A stretch of 63,966 bases of DNA, counting the filler, from Hyphochytrium catenoides (taxonomy: Eukaryota > Protista > Hyphochytriomycota), in assembly GCA_900088475.1 (NCBI GenBank). It is 14 parts of 14 records of this genome, joined end to end, with 100 filler letters (N's around TTAATTAATTAA, not from the genome) between each part and the next. Parts side by side here need not be neighbours in the genome. Positions count along the whole stretch, not along the records: positions 1 to 2,243 come from FLMG01004698.1; positions 2,344 to 25,866 come from FLMG01001015.1; 12 more parts are not named here. One strand, 5' to 3'. A program made the translations under genes and the position numbers. The notes under the pieces are model-generated. The model saw only the letters and a list, made by a program, of their open reading frames with translations, searched no databases and was not told the DNA's origin. Within the stretch, counting starts at the first letter, position 1, and every line of letters starts with the position of its first letter. Positions 1 to 11,094 of this stretch are shown piece by piece.

Positions 1-375
1 CTGGCTGCTTGACCTTTGCTTCTATCTGGGCCGCGGTCATCTCCCATCCTCTTTCTATGTATAACTTCCGGAATATCGTTCTTTGGTTTCTCCCTTCCCC
101 TCTACTACTTTCTCCCTTTGTCTTCCACTGGCGCCCTCATGGGTCACCAGCCATAGTGCTAATCTATGCAAATGCACCCTTGCTGGCGATGTCTGTACTT
201 ACCGCTTGATCCTTCCCCTTGTGGATCTCTGGCCACTTGTTGCTGAGCTCTTACAGCGGCTGCCAATGCTTACTCACGTCTTGCCTATCTGTGTCTCTCT
301 CTCTTTCCCTTTCTCCTCTTTCATCCTCCTTCCTCTCCCTGCGCCCCCCTGTTCCGTTCTCCTCACAACTATAAG

Positions 376-1175
376 AAGTTCAAGGGCAACTTCCCTTACT
401 CTTTCCCTAAAGGAGACGAGGTTGGCCGGAACGTAAGGCGGACGGCTGAAGTTTGGCTGGACGAGGAGTTCAAAGAGAAATGTTTCTATAAATCCTATGG
501 GAAAACCAATGAAGGTCATCGGGTCGGAGACATTTCCGGTGAGTTTTTGCTAGGTGGTCTCTCTTCCCTAAAGCTGCTCTCTTTCTCTCCTTAAGATCTC
601 TCTCTGTCTCTCTCTCTTTGGGCTGTCTCTGTTTGGGTCTCCCCACACGCGTGCTTCTTTTTCTCAGAGTAGCATCTCTCACTGTCTCTCCTTGTCCCTC
701 CTTCCTAAAGCAGCTCTCTTTCTCTTCTTAAGATCTCTCTCTCTCTCTTTGGGCTGTCTCTGTTTGGGTCTTCCCCTCCCCCGGTGCTTCTTTTCTTCAG
801 CCTAGCATCTATCACTCTCTCCTTGTTCCTTCCTCCTGTGTCATCTTCAAGTTCCAGCTGTTCTTCGAACCGTGCTGGCCTCCTTTCCTGGGTGTGCGTT
901 GTATCTTTGTGAGACATTCTTCCCGCCCTCTTTCTCGATCGTCGCCTGTCCCCCGTCCAACGCTCATTCTTTCCTCTCTCTCCCCTTCTCTCTCTCTAAT
1001 TTTCTCTCTCACTCTTTCTCTCTCTCTCTCTCTTCCTCCCCCACTTTTCTCTTGTTTCGCCTTTCTTCGCTTCATTCCCTCAGATCGTTTGGCGATCAAG
1101 GAGCGGTTGCAATGCAAACCATGGAAGTGGTACCTCGAGAACGTCTACCCAGAGTTTGACGCATATCCTAAGTAG
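376..1175 (+). CDS. Polypeptide N-acetylgalactosaminyltransferase (GT27/GALNT-like), 3' two exons only (376-538, 1084-1175)
   Basis: Spliced translation [38 protein letters not shown]...GDIS|[30 protein letters not shown] matches the ppGalNAc-T catalytic-domain C-terminus (N..R.AEVW.D, GDIS.R..L...L.CK...WYL.NVYPE). The GT-AG intron 539-1083 is phase compatible. Confidence 0.85.
563..833. repeat. Two-copy tandem duplication (~135 bp unit) inside the GALNT intron
   Basis: cttcctaaagc(t/a)gctctctttctct...taagatctctct...tttgggctgtctctgtttgggtct...tagcatct..cact...ccttgt occurs starting near 563 and again near 701. Confidence 0.8.
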
Positions 1176-2243
1176 ATCCTATGTCTGCTTCCCGGCTTTC
1201 CCAAATTTGACAATTGGAGAGAGAGAGAGAGAGGGAGAGAGAGAGAGAGAGAGAGAGGTAAGCGTAGCAATGGAAGAGCTTTTCTTACTTGAAAAGGATA
1301 GAGGAGAAGTAAGAAAGTGAACTTGGAGTGGAGGGGAACGAATGGAGGTTATCTTCTGGAGAAAGACGCTGATAGCAGCCAAATGTTGGCTATAGAAAGC
1401 AGTGATAGACGTTTGCTGATAGAGCAACCGGCGCTCTTTCCATGGTAGAGCTTGCAACAAACCAATCAAATATAAGCTATTGCTGAGAGTGCGAGTCTTT
1501 TCTTTTCATTCATGGTGGACGTCGTCTATCCCTTTCTTGCTCAATGCAACCTCTGCAACGCCTAAAGCTATGCTCCTGGGACCCAAGTAAGTGGCTCAGA
1601 CGCCCTGAAGCCTCCCAAGAGCCCGGCTTGACATTGGCAAGGCTCAAGATTCTTGGGCCCATCCTTAGCGCATGGGAACGAGAATTCAGCTTAAGAGATC
1701 CCAAAGCCTGTCACTCCAAACAACCCTGCAGCTAGCTTGCAATCTAGGCGTGGGCCTGGCACCCTTCTGGTCACTAGCCACTACTAAGGATAGGAGACCA
1801 GTCATTGCCTGGCTCTGGCGGCAGGTGCAGGGCAACTGGCTGCCGCTTGGACACGCTTGCCGTCTCGCGCTCCGTCCAAAGCTGACCAGACTCAAAGTCT
1901 CAACATTATGGCAGGTGAACAGACCGTGTTGAAACCCATAAATTGGTGTTTTGGGATATTGCTTAGAGCTATTTTCTCAATTTCGTGAAGGGAAGAAAAA
2001 AATTTATCAGATGCAATCAATGAAATGAATAATCTCTGGTGTTTTATCCATTAAATGATGGGCTTTATAATGTTTCACGTCAAATTTTTGGGATGTAACA
2101 TTTCCTGTTTGATTGTTCGTTCCCTCCAAAAGAATTTGTTTTCGGTTTTGCCGTATGTGGAAGAGCACTATGAAATGCAGATGAAGCTCTGTCTGCCTTT
2201 TTCTGAAGATTATCGGATTCTGGAGCTTCAGCGACGGCCAACA

Positions 2244-2343
2244 NNNNNNNNNNNNNNNNNNNNNNNNNNNNNNNNNNNNNNNNNNNNTTAATTAATTAAN
2301 NNNNNNNNNNNNNNNNNNNNNNNNNNNNNNNNNNNNNNNNNNN
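2244..2343. other. Artificial contig-joining linker (N44-TTAATTAATTAA-N44); first of 13
   Basis: Identical 100-nt spacers start at 2244, 25867, 29245, 34832, 36965, 44278, 51393, 55685, 57608, 58960, 60195, 61532 and 62722. TTAATTAATTAA puts stops in all six frames. Confidence 0.97.
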
Positions 2344-2475
2344 GTCTCTTCAGAGATGATATATCTTCTGGCCCTTTGAGTATAGGCCCTTTCACGTAAC
2401 TGTGGATTTTAGTTCTTCTCTCTCTTTCCTGAGACACTCTCCCTCTCTCTCTCCATATCTTCCCTGTCTCTTTAG

Positions 2476-4403
2476 CTAGATTCAAAGCCACTGGCAGGGA
2501 CAGTGCAGCTCTATCGCAGACATATCTTCGTGGTCGAGGGCCAGTGGGAGGCGTGGCCTCCAGTGCTGGAAAGGGAGGAAGTAATGTGCTCTCTGACGTT
2601 TCCTTCTTGTCACCTATGAGGTCAACCTCTCTCTTTCTGCTTCTCCCCTCATCTTTTTGGCTACCTTCTCCGTAATCTCTCTCTTTGGCTCTCTCTGTCT
2701 CTCGCTATCTTTCTCTCCCTGTCTCTCTCTCTCTCTGTCTCTCCGTGTCTTTCTCTCTCGCTGTCTCTCCCTGTCTTTCTCTCCCTGTTCTCTTTCTCTC
2801 TTTCTCTCCCTGTTCTCTCCCTGTCTCTCTCTCTGTTTCTCCCTCTGTCTCTCCCTGTCTCTGGCTCTCCTCTCTCTTCTCTGGCTCTCTCTCTCTTTAT
2901 TTTCTTTCTTCCTCTCTTCCGCTTCCTCTCTAGCCTTCCTCGCTGCATTAGCATTGGACCACCCCTAGTACTCTTTTCTCTTTTCTTCCCCTTTCTCTCT
3001 CTTTTTTGGCCCTCTTCTGGCTCGTCACTTGTCTGCAATCCTTTCGTTAACTACAAGTTCGTCTTACTTCTCTCTTAACCCTCCCTTCCTCTCTGTAGGG
3101 CCTGGTTGCAAGGCTCTTCAATGCTGCAACTGGCGGAACTGACCGCCGTCGCTCTTCTGTCGTGAAAGTGACCGCTGTCCAGGCGTCAGAAGCTGCAGGA
3201 GACCAAGAAGGAGACATACTTCTGTTCCCAGAACAAATTCGAGTGCGAGGTAGGGGAAAGAAAGAGAGAAAGAGAGAGACTGTCGCTGAAAGAGGGCAGC
3301 CAGACGAGGTAAAGTGCCGCTAGCGTGGTTAACCGTTCTTTGACCATGTGGCGGGGCCAGAGTGAAGGCAATGGCAGGGATAGAGAACTGATGGGAAAAG
3401 AGAGAGTTATGTCAGTTCCCTCGTCTTCCATCCCCTTCACCTCAGGATCTACCTCTAAATAGGTGTCGGTGATGCGGAAGGAGAGACATTAAAGGCGTTG
3501 TTGGCGATGCCATCTCGTCTAGAAGGCTGGACGAGGCTGCTGCCCAGTAAGAGTGCTGCTTCACTTGCCTTCTGACTCTCTTCCCCCTGCATCCTGACAG
3601 ACCGTGTGCGTCATCACCGCCTCTACTTGGCTTTCGAGACTGTCTGGCAGAGTTCGTTCAATGTCCGTTAAGGTTCCCTTCTTGAGAGGCTTCAGTCTCT
3701 CTCTCTCTCTCTCCCTTTTTCCCCCTCTCTCTCTCTTTCTTGCTTAGTTGCAGCAGCATGGTGCACCCATTGATAACCACGGAATCTGTTTTCTGTCCTG
3801 TCTCCAGCTTTAAAGATTGAGACGCTGCATGGACTTCATTTCTTCGTTTGCTCGCACATGAGGAGAGACAGCCGGTAAGATAACTCCAGAGTTTCGATGG
3901 ACCATCGGTCTAAAAGAAAGGGCGACACGTGACTTACTTTCTGCCTGTTATCTGTCACCGTCTTTCTTCAGGTGCGGGCTAGCTGGCCCTAAGCTTATAG
4001 ACTCTCTCACAAGCGCGATAGACATGCTAAGCCCCGAAGGGCAAGGGGGAGAAAGAGTCGCAGTTCGCGCTTGTTCCCACGTTGGCGGCCACGAGTACGC
4101 AGGCAATGTCTTGATCTACGGGAAGCCTAAAGCTAGGAAGGTAACTTATGAATAGTCTTCGTCTCCACCGAACTTGACGCTAAGCCGAACGATACCGCGT
4201 CATAGGAGGAACTGGGCGAGTGGTACGGCTACGTTACGCCAGAACGAGCGGAAGCCCTTGTGCAGGCGTACATCGGCACCACGGAAGGAGACGTGGAGAT
4301 GAGAGAACGCGAGGATATTCTGAAGCTTTGGAGAGGTCGAATGGGCCTTACCATACAGGAGCAAAAGAGCTTCATGGCTAAGCGCTGTCCGTCTTGCAGC
4401 TGA
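2476..4403 (+). CDS. Sucrase/ferredoxin-like thioredoxin-fold [2Fe-2S] protein (Apd1/Aim32 family), 5'-truncated, 6 exons visible
   Basis: Exons spliced at GT-AG give LAGTVQLYRRHIFVV...W...GDILLFPEQIRVR...FFVCSHMRRDSRCGLAGPKL...ACSHVGGHEYAGNVLIY...WYGYVTPE...LWRGRMG...TGA (4401-4403). This contains the C-x8-C and H-x-G-G-H ligand motifs of the family. The ORF track misses it because the exons are short. Confidence 0.9.
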
Positions 4404-4799
4404 GAATAGCACGTATAGCCATTGAGTTTCCTAATTTAACTATTTAACCTCTTAAGAGTCAATGCTAACTGCCGTGCCCTTGTCGAGGAAGGTAGTAGCC
4501 ATAGGCACTATGTTTGATCTGGGAGCCATAGAAGCCTCATTTGCCCGACGGTGATAGAGGAGCAACGTTCTGAAAGAGCGACCTAGATCTAGATAAGAGA
4601 CTGACACTTGCTCGTTGGAAAGCTGAAGGCGGTGCTATTGATATTTATTCTTTAACTCTAGCTATGAATATATGCAGGTTCTATCCTTAACGGTATGATA
4701 CACCTCTACAAATCCTTCCAAGGTGAAGAAGGCGATAGAGTTCGATTTTCGTAGGTTGGGCTTGCATTGCCACCTTTGTCGTGCACATTGACCTGTCCA

Positions 4800-7700
4800 T
4801 TATGCTGCTGACGGAGGCAGGCAAGGGCAGTAATCTTCACCGCTAATATTCAGGGGTGCCGTGGAAGAGAAGGATTGCTCCCCCTCGTTCTTGATATTAG
4901 TAGGGGAGGCTAAGGTCCGCTGCCTGTCATCCGCTTCGGCAAGATCTCCTCCTTCTTCCTCAGACTCTTGCAGCTCGCTGATCGGCCGGAACTTGACTTT
5001 GTCCAGATCTTCTTGAGTAAAGTTCAGGAAAGGGAAGCCACTCTCCTCACGTTCTTCGTCGGATTCTGAGAACGAGCTATCATCATCACAACCTATGACA
5101 CGCGACCTCATAAGAAGTGAAACAAAAGTTGTGTACAACAAGGGAGAGATATGATAGGTCTGAAAGAGATAATCGTGCATTCAAGGCAAGAAGAAGAGGT
5201 GAAGAGAGGAGGAAACAGCACTGTGGAACTCAGCCTTTACCCGCTGGCTGATCTTGGAGGCCATCGTGACATCGGGGTTGGAGTTCACTCAGAAGGAGGC
5301 GTATAGACATAGCCTTGCTCTCGCACACTAGAGCGCTGTCCACGTCATCTGTGGAAACAAAGGCATAAGCAACGACTCGATGAGCGAGCTCACGAGTATA
5401 TCGTGGACACAGAAAGAGACGGCCAAAGAGTATATATATCTACTGGCAACATCTGCGAATAGAAAAAGAAATAATGGCAGCATCCTTTCTGCTCTCTCAC
5501 CTTCTGAGCCGTTACGAAGTCTTGCAGCTTCTTCCATGTACTCGGCAGCAAAGCCATCGATGCATTTCCTAGATAAAGGAAGGAAAAGGTTAGATAGATG
5601 ATAACAGGTAAGAAGAAAGCTCCTCCGCACGCATCATCAGCAGGTGACTTGCCAGTACCGTCACACAAGGAAATGGAAAAAGCGACGTGACCCAGGATGA
5701 CGAGGACCAATCGGAGCCACCATCGCTGATGTTGGGAAGAACTAATAAGAGCGCACATCAAGAGAACAAGAAGAGAAGGAGAGATCATGTTTTGAGTCTA
5801 CCTTGCAGAGACGTATTCCTCGTCGGAGGTGATAGTTGCCAGATGATCGACAGCCTCTAGGAATCGTTGCTCAAGCATCAATGACTGCAGGAAATACACT
5901 GAGCGTCAATACTAAGAAGGACAAAGGAGTGAACCGTACAGATGTAGAAAATGCAAGCCCCAAGCTATCGACAGAATGCTAAGGGGAAAGGGTACTGAAG
6001 CCAATAATAAGATACTGGATGCAAGCAAAAAGGAACCGACAGACTCTATCTTTATTTCCAACATACCTGAATGTGAACTAGACTGCTGTTTGCTAGGCGC
6101 GTTCCGTTAGTAGGCAGCCCCTCCATACCAGGGGATGAGCCTGTCTCGTGATCGGTCACTCTATAAGCAAACAAGTCATAGAACAGTTCAAGTCAAGAGC
6201 AGAGAGTTAGGCAAGAACAGCAGATTTCCTTCATTCAGCGAAAATGTACCCACCTGTCTGCATCTTGGACTGGAGTCTCAGTATCTTTGCAGTAGGGAGT
6301 AAGATCACCCAGTTCTTCCTTTTCTTCGTCGCCGCAGCTGGACCACTGGTCGTCGGCCTCGTATTCCACGTCAGAGGGCGCCTTCTGCTCCTCCCTGACG
6401 ATAGATGGTGGCCTGTCCATGCTGGATACCGTCTCTACCGCACCCTCGTGCCGGTGCTCCATTGACGCCAAAACAGCACCTTCGTATTGGGGTATAAGTA
6501 GTGAAAGGGTGAATGTTAATTGGCGACGCGAGAAATGGGAACGAAAGGGAGTTTGAGGAAGAAGGACAAGGACAATTTGATCTGCTTACGTTCATCATCA
6601 TCCTCGTCCCCGGGTTCAAAGCATATTGGGGGTGGTGCGTGTCTCAGGATGAGGATCAAGCCTAGAGCCTTCACTGCCAGCGGGTGCGCGGCGATGGGAT
6701 CTAAAGTGATTCGTCAGTATTTGGATGAACTCAGTCAAGTCAAAAGACAATGCGAAACGCAAAGACAACCACGTCAACCGCACAATAGACAAGGAGCCGG
6801 TAGGAGGTAATATACAGATGCCAATAGCCATCACTAGAGCAATTGCCATCCCTAGATTGATGGCCAAAGATTCTCCAAAGTTTTTGACACTACTACGCTG
6901 TCTGTACCTTGAGCATTGAGTGCCATGGATGTCTCCTTGAGGGCCCTCGCCTCATCGGCTATAGCAACCCTACGGAAGGCATTGTACAGTGGACAAGAAA
7001 GTGAGACTCTGAGTTTGAGCAAAGGAGACGCCGGATTAAGGCGCGAAGAAACAGGCGGCAGTATTATAAGGTATGGGACGACACCACACAGCCTATTAGA
7101 GGCTGAACCGCTAGCAAACAGAGAAAGGGATGAAGGAAGCAGGCGGAAGCAATCATTGATCAAACAGTAAAGATAGGAAAAAAGAGATTAGAAAAGAGAT
7201 AGCACGCGCATTGACAGAAGAGCGAGGCCGCCACGCAGAAGGATGCCTTACCATGCCTCCTCATAGGTCTTTGGGCAGTCAATGCTGCAGAGTACATTGA
7301 GCGCCTGAGTGTATTGACCTGTAGATAGAAGCACCTATGGCGGAAGAGTATGGTGGAAGAAGAGTCAGCGAGCAACATCAGCAGAACTACGATGGACCCA
7401 TGATTCCCTTACCGCCAGCTCTATCCTCTTGCGCTTGTTTGCAGCAAAATCTTTGCCGAGTCCATCGCTTGAACTTTCTTCCTCTATCTCAGCTGTGGCA
7501 AGGGGATCGTCCTTCAGTTCAAAGTCTTGAGTGGCGTCTTCTACCTCCATCACCGGTACACTTCCAGGTTTTAGAGCCAGAGACCTCTCGGTACTGGATA
7601 AGACTGGAGACGCTTCTACTTCCCTTGCGAGAGCTACAAGCAAGATATAACAAGTTGGGTTGAGTGGAGTCATCGTAAAGTAAGGACGGCCATAAAGTTC

Positions 7701-10135
7701 TCGGTGATACTAAGAAGAGAGACCAACGAGTGCTCTGGGATAGAAAACTAAGGACACTGAGAATTAGGAAGAAGCGAGACCTCATGAGAAGTTACCCAGA
7801 GACTAGACAACCAGAAACAGAGACAAGAGTTGCTCCAAACTGAGAAGAAGAGGGAAGCAGAGGTGTGGATATACCTTCTTCATCGTCCGTGTCCTCAGCC
7901 CCACTTCCATTTCCATCAAGCGAGAAGTCTGCCACTCCTGGTGTTACGCTTTCTGTTCCCTCAGCTTTTTCATGATCTTCAGAGTCACTACTCCAGCACG
8001 TCTCCAGCAGCAGCCTCAGCCCAAAGAAATCTTCATCGTTGGCCTCCTCTTCCTCCTTGCATCGGGTCATGAAAGCGTCACCACCGCTGCCAATGTCGGA
8101 AGATCCATTTCTGTCGCCGGCTTCCACTGGCTGCCCCAAAGACACAGCCTCAGAATCACTACCAGTAGGGGAACCCATCTTCATCAGCAGCCTCAGGCCG
8201 AAGAAATCTTCCTCCACCTCCTCCTCCTCGTCGTCCTGGCATCGGGTCACAATTGGGTTGCGACCACATGGGAAGACGGAAGGTTCATTGCTGGTGTTGG
8301 CTTGCCGCCCTGGCTGCTCTGCTAAAGACACATCCTCAGAGTTTGTTTCCAGCAGCAGCCTCAGGCCGAAGAAGTCTTCCTCATCGACAACCTCCTCGTC
8401 CTTGCATCGGGTCGCCATAACATCGCCACGGGAAAAGACGGAACTTTCATTGCTGGGATTGGCTTGTCCTGGCTGCTCTTCTAGAGGCACATCCTCAGAA
8501 TTCGCTGCCAAGCTTATTTCCAGCAGCAGCCTCAGTCCAAAGAAGTCTTCCTCGTCAACCTCCTCCTCTTCCTTGCATGGGATCGCCAAAGCGCCATCAC
8601 CACCCGCAAAGACAAGAGAGTGCTTGCTTGCTTGGTCTTCTGCTGCCTGTTCAAAGGACGCAGCCTCGGAATCACTGGCGGAGCTTGTCGTCAGCAGCAG
8701 CCTCAGTCCAAAAAAGTCTTCCTCGGCTTCCTCCTCAACATCAACGTTGCGTTGTACCAATCCAGCGTGGCCATCACCAGGTCCAGATAAGGATGATTCA
8801 TCTCTGTCGTTGGCTTTCCCTTCTTGTTTCTCTAAGACTGAGAACATGGAGGAAAGGAGAGTCTGAGACCACTAGGATGACAACCTGGCGACAAAAGTGG
8901 CAAAGCACACCGAAGAGTAGAAGCACCTGGAGAAAAGAAACCAAGCAATCGGGTGCAGTAGCAAAGCCATCTGGATATAGGTAAGGCTCAAATTTATGGG
9001 AAGAGTAGAAGAACGGGAGTGCTGCATAATAGAGATCCTCCGATGATAAACCTTCTTACTATTACCTGCAGTCTCCTCTTCTGCCTCGGCAAGTAAAGAC
9101 AGTGGCGATGCTTCTTCAGTTCCACGTGAGGTTGGTGCCTCTCCCTCCTCCTTCCCTGCCAATCTGGTCCTTGGTAGGGCGAGATCAATATCAGTGGCTG
9201 GTTCATCAACCTCATCAGATTCCGCTTCAGCCCTGGGTAGAAGGCTGCTAGCCACTGCTGAGGTTACAGAGGTCGGTACGGCTTCAGCAAGGTGGAGAAC
9301 GTTGTCGTGTTGTTCTGAGGAGAAGCATTCCGTCTCCTCCTCTCCACGCGGGTATCCTGCATCTCTCGCTCCTGCTACATAAGTTAAGATCGTCAGCAAT
9401 AGAGTTGGCGAAGAGCGAGGAGACGCCCCGACAGACAAGCAGACGAAGATGTAAGCGGAGCCTTTGGGAATGTCTCAAAGCCGTAACTTTTGAAGGAGGC
9501 AGTTCAGTAGAAGAAGTGGAAGGAGAAGAGTAGCAACATGAGAACAAAAGAGGTGAATGAAACTGCTGCGGAAGAAGGAACAATGGGACAAAGAGAGGAA
9601 CCGAGGAAGACGCTTGATCTGAACGTGGCAGCTAAGCTAACCTTCACGTTCCTCGTCTGAAAGACTGGGCAAGTCTGGTTCCACAATGGAAGAAGAGGCA
9701 GAAAGGGCAGGAAGAACGTCATCTTGGTTGTCAAGCATACGGGAAGAGTGGTTGTCCGTTTCGCTTGGCGCTGAGGTCGGGGCAGCAGGGGAAAGGGTTT
9801 CTCTCATCGTAGATTCCGTTGGCAGCAAGGGACTCTTCTTCTTTGCAAAGAGTGACACAGGGAAGCACAGCATCAACGCTCTGGCGCTCCAGAAGGACAC
9901 TTTCTTTACGAATGGCTTGAGGTTGAACACGGCCTTGCAGCGTGTTTCCTATCATAAACCATCCGTCAATAATAATATTACCGGCGAGGAATAAAGTCCT
10001 CCGGTGGGAGCAGCAGCAGATAAGGAAGCAAAGCACATAAGAAAGAGAGTTCAGACAGGGAGGACGAGAAGAGACAGAGAGCAGCAGAGCATCTGTTACC
10101 CGAGAGGAGAAGAGAGAGGGAAGCCAATAGACCAT
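4800..10135 (-). CDS. Large acidic, mostly disordered hypothetical protein (~14 exons) with internal repeats
   Basis: A continuous frame runs from ATG 10135 (MVYWLPSLFSSR|ETRCKAVFNLK...) through ~13 phase-consistent GT-AG introns to TAA at 4800. It includes most of ORFs 9637-9930, 8872-9438, 7792-8847, 7365-7673, 6235-6471 and 4800-5180. No family recognised. Confidence 0.65.
7990..8745 (-). repeat. Five coding tandem repeats of 56-59 aa centred on (E/D)EDFFGLRLL(L/M)
   Basis: The plus-strand core cagcagcctcag.cc.aa.aa.tcttc recurs with cctcag at 8014, 8191, 8359, 8530 and 8701 (spacings 177, 168, 171, 171 nt). Confidence 0.9.
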
Positions 10136-11049
10136 GGAGAGGTTGCGGAAGATCAATGGCAGAGAGAGAGAGAGAGAGATGGAAGAGTCAGGCATTAGTA
10201 GAGGGCTTTCTCCTTATTTACCTTTCGTACTACGGTCGGATGGCAGAGCCCCAAGGCAAACAGAAGCTTCACTTTCTCTCCGAAGGTCCGGTTCTCGCTC
10301 TTTTCAGCCGCCTTGTCTCTCTTCTCCTCTGCTAGAAGGAGAGCATCCTTCACACGCGCCTTAAAGGTCCCTGAAGAGGAGAAAAGAGAAGAAACTCCTT
10401 TCTTGTTGTCCTTTCGTAGGCAACTTAACGTCAGGGCGCCGCATTGCGGTGGCCGTGACGGACGGGAGAAGAAGAACATTGTTCTCTTCTCCCTGAGGAG
10501 GCGAAGGAGGTCTCTCTCCTGCTCTAACGCCTCGCGGTGGTGGATCTCTCTCTCTCTTTCTTGTCAAGCTCACTGCTCTCTTTCTCTCTATTTCCCAACC
10601 TCGTTCACTCTCACTAGCTGTTCGGAAGATTTGAAGCTTTTGAAGCTTTTCTTCGCTTGGGGGCGTCATGAAGACTGAAGGGGCGGTAGCGGAGCGAGCC
10701 TTGCGGCGGCCGCGGGCATTATCGAAGGGTCAGAATGCGAGAAAGAGGGGAGAGAGAGAGAAAAGGGGGGAGAGAAAGAGAGAAAGCAAATAGTATATAG
10801 TTCTGCTGGAAAGCATCGGGAGACAGAGAGAGAAGAAAGGTTGAGAAAGAGAGCGAAAGAGAGAGGGCCAAATTTACCCTGAGAGCTGAAGGGGCGCTGG
10901 CAAAGATAAAACGGTAGAAGGAGAAGATTCCGAGAGACAGCAAAGGAGAAAGAGAGAGGAGAGAGCAAAAGAGTGAGAGAGGAGAGAGAGAACAAGTTCC
11001 TAAAAGATCCCAGGCTGCGAAAGAACTGACAACCGAGGTAGAGGAAAAG

Positions 11050-11094
<45 letters not shown>

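Noticed and set aside
2288-2299. Recurrent TTAATTAATTAA as a biological repeat or CRISPR-like array
   Set aside because: Always centred in exactly 44+44 Ns; it is an assembly spacer.
6616-6867. ORF with apparent TM helix (MAINLGMAIALVMAIGICIL)
   Set aside because: The hydrophobic part lies inside a phase-consistent intron of the 4800-10135 gene, and the exon uses another frame.
8039-8866. 275-aa Ser-rich plus-strand ORF
   Set aside because: Antisense shadow of the acidic repeat exon.
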